A stretch of DNA of 64,000 nt from Bacilli bacterium. GTDB lineage: Bacteria > Bacillota_I > Bacilli_A > RF39 > UBA660. The notes beneath the pieces are model-generated. The model did no database searches and had not been told where the DNA came from. It saw nothing but the letters and a program-made list of their open reading frames with translations. A program made the position numbers and the translations under genes. The DNA lies in NCBI GenBank assembly GCA_017887425.1, contig JAGHHZ010000017.1:2269-66268 (forward strand), written 5' to 3'. The stretch's first letter is position 1. The number at the start of each line of letters is the position of its first letter. Positions 59,605 to 64,000 of this stretch are shown here, piece after piece.

Positions 59605-60557
59605 TGTAATACTTTTCCTACGATATCCTTATTTCTTAAACCATTATAAAAATCAACCGCATTCATTTTATTTTTACCTTCTAACTGAACTGTTTTTAAA
59701 ACAATCTCACCATTACTTACTTTTACACCAATACCATCTTTATAAATAGCGGTAATTTGACCGTTAAATCCAATCGGATAATTTTCAGTAATGTAAGCTT
59801 CCCATACTTTAAGTATTTTCCCCTCAAAAACGCAATAACTTCCTGGCCATGAATTTAAACCTCTAATTTGGTTATATAATTGTTTTTTAGTTTTTTCAAA
59901 ATTTAACTTTTCATCTTCTTTTCTCAAAGTAAAAGCATATGTAGCTAAAGAAGAATCTTGTGGTGTTCGACTATTCGTACCATCAATAATACTTGGTAAT
60001 GTTTCTAATAATAAATCTTTACCTAAAACACTTAATTTATCATGTAAACTACTTGCTGTATCAGTATCTAAAATTGGAATCTCTCTTTGAGTAATAATAT
60101 CTCCTTCATCCATTTTAGTATTCATATACATAATTGTAATACCTGTTTTAGAATGTCCTTCAATAATTGCTTTATGAATTGGTGCACCGCCTCTTAACTT
60201 AGGTAGCAGTGAGGCGTGAACATTAATACATCCTAAACGTGGAGCCTCTAATAATTGTCTTGGAATAATTTGACCATAGGCACATGTAATAATTAAATCC
60301 GGATTTAAATTTACAATTTCTTGATATTCTTCTTTAATGTGTTCTGGTTGTAGAACCAAAATAGCATGTTCACTAGCTAATTTCTTAATTGGTGAAACAT
60401 TAATTTGTCCATGATTACCAGGACGATCTGGTTGAGTTACAACCGCTCTAATTTTATAATTATCAATTAAACCTTGTAAAACTGGAACAGCAAATTCCGG
60501 AGTTCCCATAAAAACGATTTCTAATTCTTTTTCAACATTAATATTTGAATAATCCAT
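59601..60557 (-). CDS. fmt: Methionyl-tRNA formyltransferase
   Basis: IVFMGTPEFAVPVL, NVHASLLPKLRGGAPI. Start at 60557, behind GAAGGTGA. Confidence 0.9.
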   Translation of the reverse strand: MDYSNINVEKELEIVFMGTPEFAVPVLQGLIDNYKIRAVVTQPDRPGNHGQINVSPIKKLASEHAILVLQPEHIKEEYQEIVNLNPDLIITCAYGQIIPRQLLEAPRLGCINVHASLLPKLRGGAPIHKAIIEGHSKTGITIMYMNTKMDEGDIITQREIPILDTDTASSLHDKLSVLGKDLLLETLPSIIDGTNSRTPQDSSLATYAFTLRKEDEKLNFEKTKKQLYNQIRGLNSWPGSYCVFEGKILKVWEAYITENYPIGFNGQITAIYKDGIGVKVSNGEIVLKTVQLEGKNKMNAVDFYNGLRNKDIVGKVLQ

Positions 60558-60641
60558 AACTATCACCTTCTTTTATTGTATCAAATTACCAAAAAAAAGT
60601 CTATTTTTATTATCAAAAAAAGACAAGTTTTGTCAACTTAT

Positions 60642-61244
60642 CTAAAAAAACTCATCATCTTCTTCTTTTTTCTTATCTTCCAATTTAATAACTTCATGAT
60701 AAGGCGAATCAGTTTTAATAACTCTTCTTGTCCCCTCATCGACATTATACGAATATTTAGGACTTAGTTTTAAAAACATAGCAATGATTTTACTGGGAAA
60801 ACGATTAACCTTTCTATTATACTTACGAACAAAATCATTATAAGATTTTTTATTAGCTACTATCTCTTCTTCCGATAAGTTAAACTGTTTAATAACATTT
60901 AAAAAAACCGGATTTTGTTTTAAGATTATATTCGTATCAGCTATTTCCCACAATCTATCAATCAAATCATTTAACTGCATATTTAAATCGATTTTATCTT
61001 TAACAGTTAAATTATCATAATTATTCTTAAGTAAAAAAGTTATTTTATTTAACGTATCCTTTTCTAAATTGTAACTGTTAAAAATATTTATTACATTAGG
61101 TAAAAGACTTATTCTTCTTTTAAAAAACATATCTAACTCTAAAAATTCTTTATCAGTTTTTTGATTTAAATAAATTAGACTATTACGAGTTACATATGAA
61201 TAACAAACTATTATAATTATTATAATTACGATTAAAAACCACAT
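60642..61244 (-). CDS. lemA: LemA-family protein
   Basis: N-terminal TM segment and the block FFKRRISLLPNVI, which resembles the LemA motif QLKRR.DLIPNLV. Confidence 0.65.
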   Translation of the reverse strand: MWFLIVIIIIIIVCYSYVTRNSLIYLNQKTDKEFLELDMFFKRRISLLPNVINIFNSYNLEKDTLNKITFLLKNNYDNLTVKDKIDLNMQLNDLIDRLWEIADTNIILKQNPVFLNVIKQFNLSEEEIVANKKSYNDFVRKYNRKVNRFPSKIIAMFLKLSPKYSYNVDEGTRRVIKTDSPYHEVIKLEDKKKEEDDEFF

Positions 61245-61321
61245 TTATATCACCACAATATTATTATAACACATTTTGATAATTTTTATTTGAATTACCG
61301 CTAATTTCCACAATTACTTTA

Positions 61322-63463
61322 CTATATTTTGTTAGGATTAAAATCTATTCCAACAGTTATTTTATTGTTAGCATATTTGTCATTAATAAATTTTAAATAT
61401 TGATAAATTTTCTTAGTGTCTTTATATTTAATAATTATTTGATAATGATAAATATTGTTTACTTTTGGTATCATTGCTGTCGTTGGGCCTAAGATAATTT
61501 CATCTTTCAAATTATTTCTTAAATATGTTATTATTTTATTACTTTCTTCTTCGCATTTAGTAGCATTAATCCCTTGAATTTTAATTAAACATAAATTATA
61601 AAAAGGAGGATATTTTAATATTTTTCTAATCTTCATTTCTTCGTTATAAAAACTTAAGTAATCATGATTTTTTGCACAAATCAAGCTATAATGATCAGTA
61701 TTAAATCCTTGAATAATAACCTCACCTAACAAACTACTTCTTCCAGCTCTTCCCGCCACTTGATTTAATAACTGAAATGTTCTTTCGCCACTTCTAAAAT
61801 CAGGAATATTTAAAGTTGCATCACCATTAATAACACCAACTAAAGTAACTTTAGGAAAATCTAAACCTTTAGCAATCATTTGGGTACCAATTAAAATATT
61901 ATATTTTTCGTTTTCAAAATCAGTTATTATTTTTTTATGAGCTTGTTTCGTTCTTGTTGTATCGACATCCATTCTAACTACTTTAGCTTTACTAAATTCT
62001 TTTGTTATTTCTTCCTCTAATTTTTCTGTTCCCATGCCTCTTTCTTTGATATCAGTACTACCACAATTAGGACATTTAAATAATTTATTAGTTTCATAGT
62101 TGCAGTAATGGCAAACCATTTTTTTAGATTTTAAATGATAAGTTAATGGAATATCACAATTAGGACATTTATGCGTAAATCCACAGTTATTACAAGTTGT
62201 AATAGTTGTATATCCTCTTCGATTTAATAATATAATCACTTGCTCATTGTTATTTAATTTTTCATTTATTTTATCTTTTAAAAGTTGCGAGAAAATATTA
62301 TTTTTTTTCCTTATTTCCTCTTTCATATCAACTAAAGTAACTTTCGGCAAATTATTATTAACCCTATTTTTCATTTCTAATAATTCGTATATATTAGTTT
62401 TAGCCCTTGTATAACTTTCGATTGATGGTGTTGCACTACCTAAAACAATCGGACAGTTATAAAATTTAGCTCGATATAAACCGATATCAATAGCATTATA
62501 GCGTGGATTATTTTCTTGTTTATAAGTATTTGAATGTTCTTCATCAATAATAATAATACCAACATTAGTTAAAGGAGCAAAAACTGCACTCCTTGCACCT
62601 ATTACAATATTTACTTCTTTTCTAACAATTCTTCGCCATTCATCATATTTTTCCCCTTTGCTTAAATGACTATGTAATATTGCAATATCATTACCGAATC
62701 TTTTTTTAAATGTTTCCACTAATTGTGGCGTTAAACTAATTTCCGGCACTAATACTAAAGCTTGCTTATTTTTGTTTATTACTTTTTTAATTAATTGCAT
62801 ATAAACTTCTGTTTTACCTGATCCTGTCACTCCATGCAATAAATAAGGTTTAAAACTATTTAAATTTATTTTAGAAATCACCATTTTTTGTTCTTCTGTT
62901 AATTTTTTTCCTTCATCTTGTTTTTCTATATCTTCTTCTAAACGATATACTTCTTTTTCATATTTTTCAATTATTCCTTTATCGATTAACTTATTTACTA
63001 CATAAGAAGAAATACTATTAGCTTCTTTTAAAGAAATATCTTTATTACTTAATAAATTTAAAATAATTTCTTCTTTTTCCGTTACCGGAGTATACTCTTT
63101 TATTTTTTTTATATATAAAACTGTTTTTTTATTTATTTTAGTATTCACTTTAGCTTTTAATGCTGATGGTAACATCGTTTGATAAGCACTAGTTAAAGTA
63201 CATAATGTTTTTTTACTAAGATATTTACCTAATTTCAATAATTCATTGTTCAAAATAGGATTATCATCAATTACTTCTATAATTTCTTTTAACTTATATT
63301 CACTCGGAATCTCATCTTTAATAGCCACGACAAAACCTTCTAATTTTTGTCTTCCAAATGGAACTAAAACCCGAATTCCGATTTGAATATTTAAATTAGA
63401 AGGAATTAAATATGTAAAAGTTTTATCCAGTTTTTCTATTTCGACTAAAACTTCTGCGACCAT
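61322..63463 (-). CDS. priA: Primosomal protein N' (replication restart helicase PriA)
   Basis: GVTGSGKTEVY, DEEH, and zinc-binding CxxC clusters (CNNCG...CPNCD...CHYCN...CPNCG). Start at 63463 (MVAEVLVEI), behind GGTGA. Confidence 0.9.
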   Translation of the reverse strand: MVAEVLVEIEKLDKTFTYLIPSNLNIQIGIRVLVPFGRQKLEGFVVAIKDEIPSEYKLKEIIEVIDDNPILNNELLKLGKYLSKKTLCTLTSAYQTMLPSALKAKVNTKINKKTVLYIKKIKEYTPVTEKEEIILNLLSNKDISLKEANSISSYVVNKLIDKGIIEKYEKEVYRLEEDIEKQDEGKKLTEEQKMVISKINLNSFKPYLLHGVTGSGKTEVYMQLIKKVINKNKQALVLVPEISLTPQLVETFKKRFGNDIAILHSHLSKGEKYDEWRRIVRKEVNIVIGARSAVFAPLTNVGIIIIDEEHSNTYKQENNPRYNAIDIGLYRAKFYNCPIVLGSATPSIESYTRAKTNIYELLEMKNRVNNNLPKVTLVDMKEEIRKKNNIFSQLLKDKINEKLNNNEQVIILLNRRGYTTITTCNNCGFTHKCPNCDIPLTYHLKSKKMVCHYCNYETNKLFKCPNCGSTDIKERGMGTEKLEEEITKEFSKAKVVRMDVDTTRTKQAHKKIITDFENEKYNILIGTQMIAKGLDFPKVTLVGVINGDATLNIPDFRSGERTFQLLNQVAGRAGRSSLLGEVIIQGFNTDHYSLICAKNHDYLSFYNEEMKIRKILKYPPFYNLCLIKIQGINATKCEEESNKIITYLRNNLKDEIILGPTTAMIPKVNNIYHYQIIIKYKDTKKIYQYLKFINDKYANNKITVGIDFNPNKI

Positions 63464-63624
63464 TATCTTCACCAATTCAATTTTAACATTCAACTTTCAA
63501 CTTGGTCAAGAAAAAATAAATTATTTATATATATTTAGACTATAATATTCAATTTTCTTTAATAATAACATATTCTATATATAGAAATGAGGTGATTACT
63601 ATTAACGATATATATCAAAATGCT

Positions 63625-64000
63625 ATGTGCAAAATCGAACAAGATCAAAAATGTAAACCAGCTTGTGTAACTTGTGTAGGTGCCACCGGACCTACTGGTC
63701 CAACCGGACCAGCTGGGCCTACTACTGTTGCAATAGGTTTAACAACAACTGGCATTCCTGGTAGTGCGGCAAGTGTTACAAATGTTGGAACTAATACAAA
63801 TGCAGTCCTTGATTTTTCAATACCTGCAGGTGCTACTGGTGCAACTGGAGCCACTGGCGCTACCGGACCTACCGGAGCAACCGGTCCCACTGGGCCTACT
63901 GGAGCAACTGGAGTAACCGGTCCTACTGGAGCGACTGGCGCTACTGGGGCGACCGGACCTACTGGAGCTAGCGGTGCAACTGGGGCTACTGGACCTACCG
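63625..64000 (+). CDS. BclA-like collagen-repeat (GxT) protein, 3' end beyond the window; start uncertain
   Basis: The plus-strand frame reads ...[96 protein letters not shown]... to the window end. The only good SD (GAGGTGA, 63589-63595) lies 5 nt upstream of an in-frame ATT (63601) and 29 nt from the ATG at 63625. Confidence 0.75.
   Translation, partial: MCKIEQDQKCKPACVTCVGATGPTGPTGPAGPTTVAIGLTTTGIPGSAASVTNVGTNTNAVLDFSIPAGATGATGATGATGPTGATGPTGPTGATGVTGPTGATGATGATGPTGASGATGATGPT

Noticed and set aside
3038-63890. Short ORFs in the track that lie antisense to, or nested inside, long well-supported genes. They are 3038-3313, 5325-5528, 6993-7220, 7126-7314, 8009-8323, 12909-13100, 13901-14155, 14889-15071, 16613-16807, 19070-19333, 20558-20983, 25559-25843, 25840-26070, 28487-28798, 33754-34161, 34844-35026, 36821-37039, 41479-41667, 42650-42850, 47001-47201, 47453-47647, 54618-54830, 55952-56260, 59513-59749, 60576-60767 and 63645-63890.
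   Set aside because: Each is fully overlapped by a longer ORF with clear family motifs. They have low-complexity or composition-driven sequences, lack a convincing SD, and arise easily as shadow frames in AT-rich DNA. The 63645-63890 ORF is the reverse frame of the GxT collagen repeat.
1-64000. CRISPR arrays, rRNA operons, insertion sequences or prophage blocks.
   Set aside because: Coding density leaves no room for an array. No spaced direct repeats appeared in any intergenic gap that I read, and there are no transposase, integrase, capsid or terminase-like ORFs. Reading was by eye only, so short degenerate elements could have been missed.

Overview
This is an AT-rich chromosomal segment (about a quarter to 30% G+C by eye) that uses the standard genetic code, since TGA serves as a genuine stop and Trp is encoded by TGG. 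It most likely comes from a low-GC, spore-forming Bacillota organism. Evidence for that: gpr spore protease, a BclA-like collagen gene, and Bacilli/Erysipelotrichia-type microsynteny (camS-gatCAB, yqfT-like/nfo, rpsT/gpr, tmcAL/yceD-rpmF, ruvA-ruvB-queA, priA...fmt). I count about 60 protein genes, more than 80% on the minus strand and tightly packed, plus one tRNA-Cys. I saw no rRNA, CRISPR array, transposase or integrase. Most of the window is housekeeping: translation, DNA repair, PFOR, cell wall and ion transport. Seven things stand out. (1) A 713-aa modular type IV pilin-like gene carries a G10 homopolymer in its leader-coding region, which separates it from its Shine-Dalgarno (SD)-preceded ATG; this is a candidate phase-variation switch or an assembly error. 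(2) A second orphan 787-aa pilin-like protein carries a 7-repeat propeller-like module, and no pilus machinery is present in the window. (3) A compact promoter/SD/30-codon hydrophobic ORF/terminator unit lies downstream of queA; its predicted 5' end is complementary to its own terminator region, which resembles a type I toxin-antitoxin locus. (4) A second self-contained small-ORF unit (29 codons) is flanked by a 16-nt inverted repeat. (5) A decaying accessory patch sits next to tRNA-Cys: a DUF1016 nuclease gene with a single in-frame TGA, an M29 aminopeptidase remnant, and one intact unknown 370-aa gene. (6) There is an orphan HerA-like ATPase and a UvrD-like helicase with an embedded nuclease-like motif and zinc ribbons. 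(7) An unknown 532-aa lipoprotein is wedged between ruvB and queA. All functional calls rest on motif and family recognition by eye; no searches were run.
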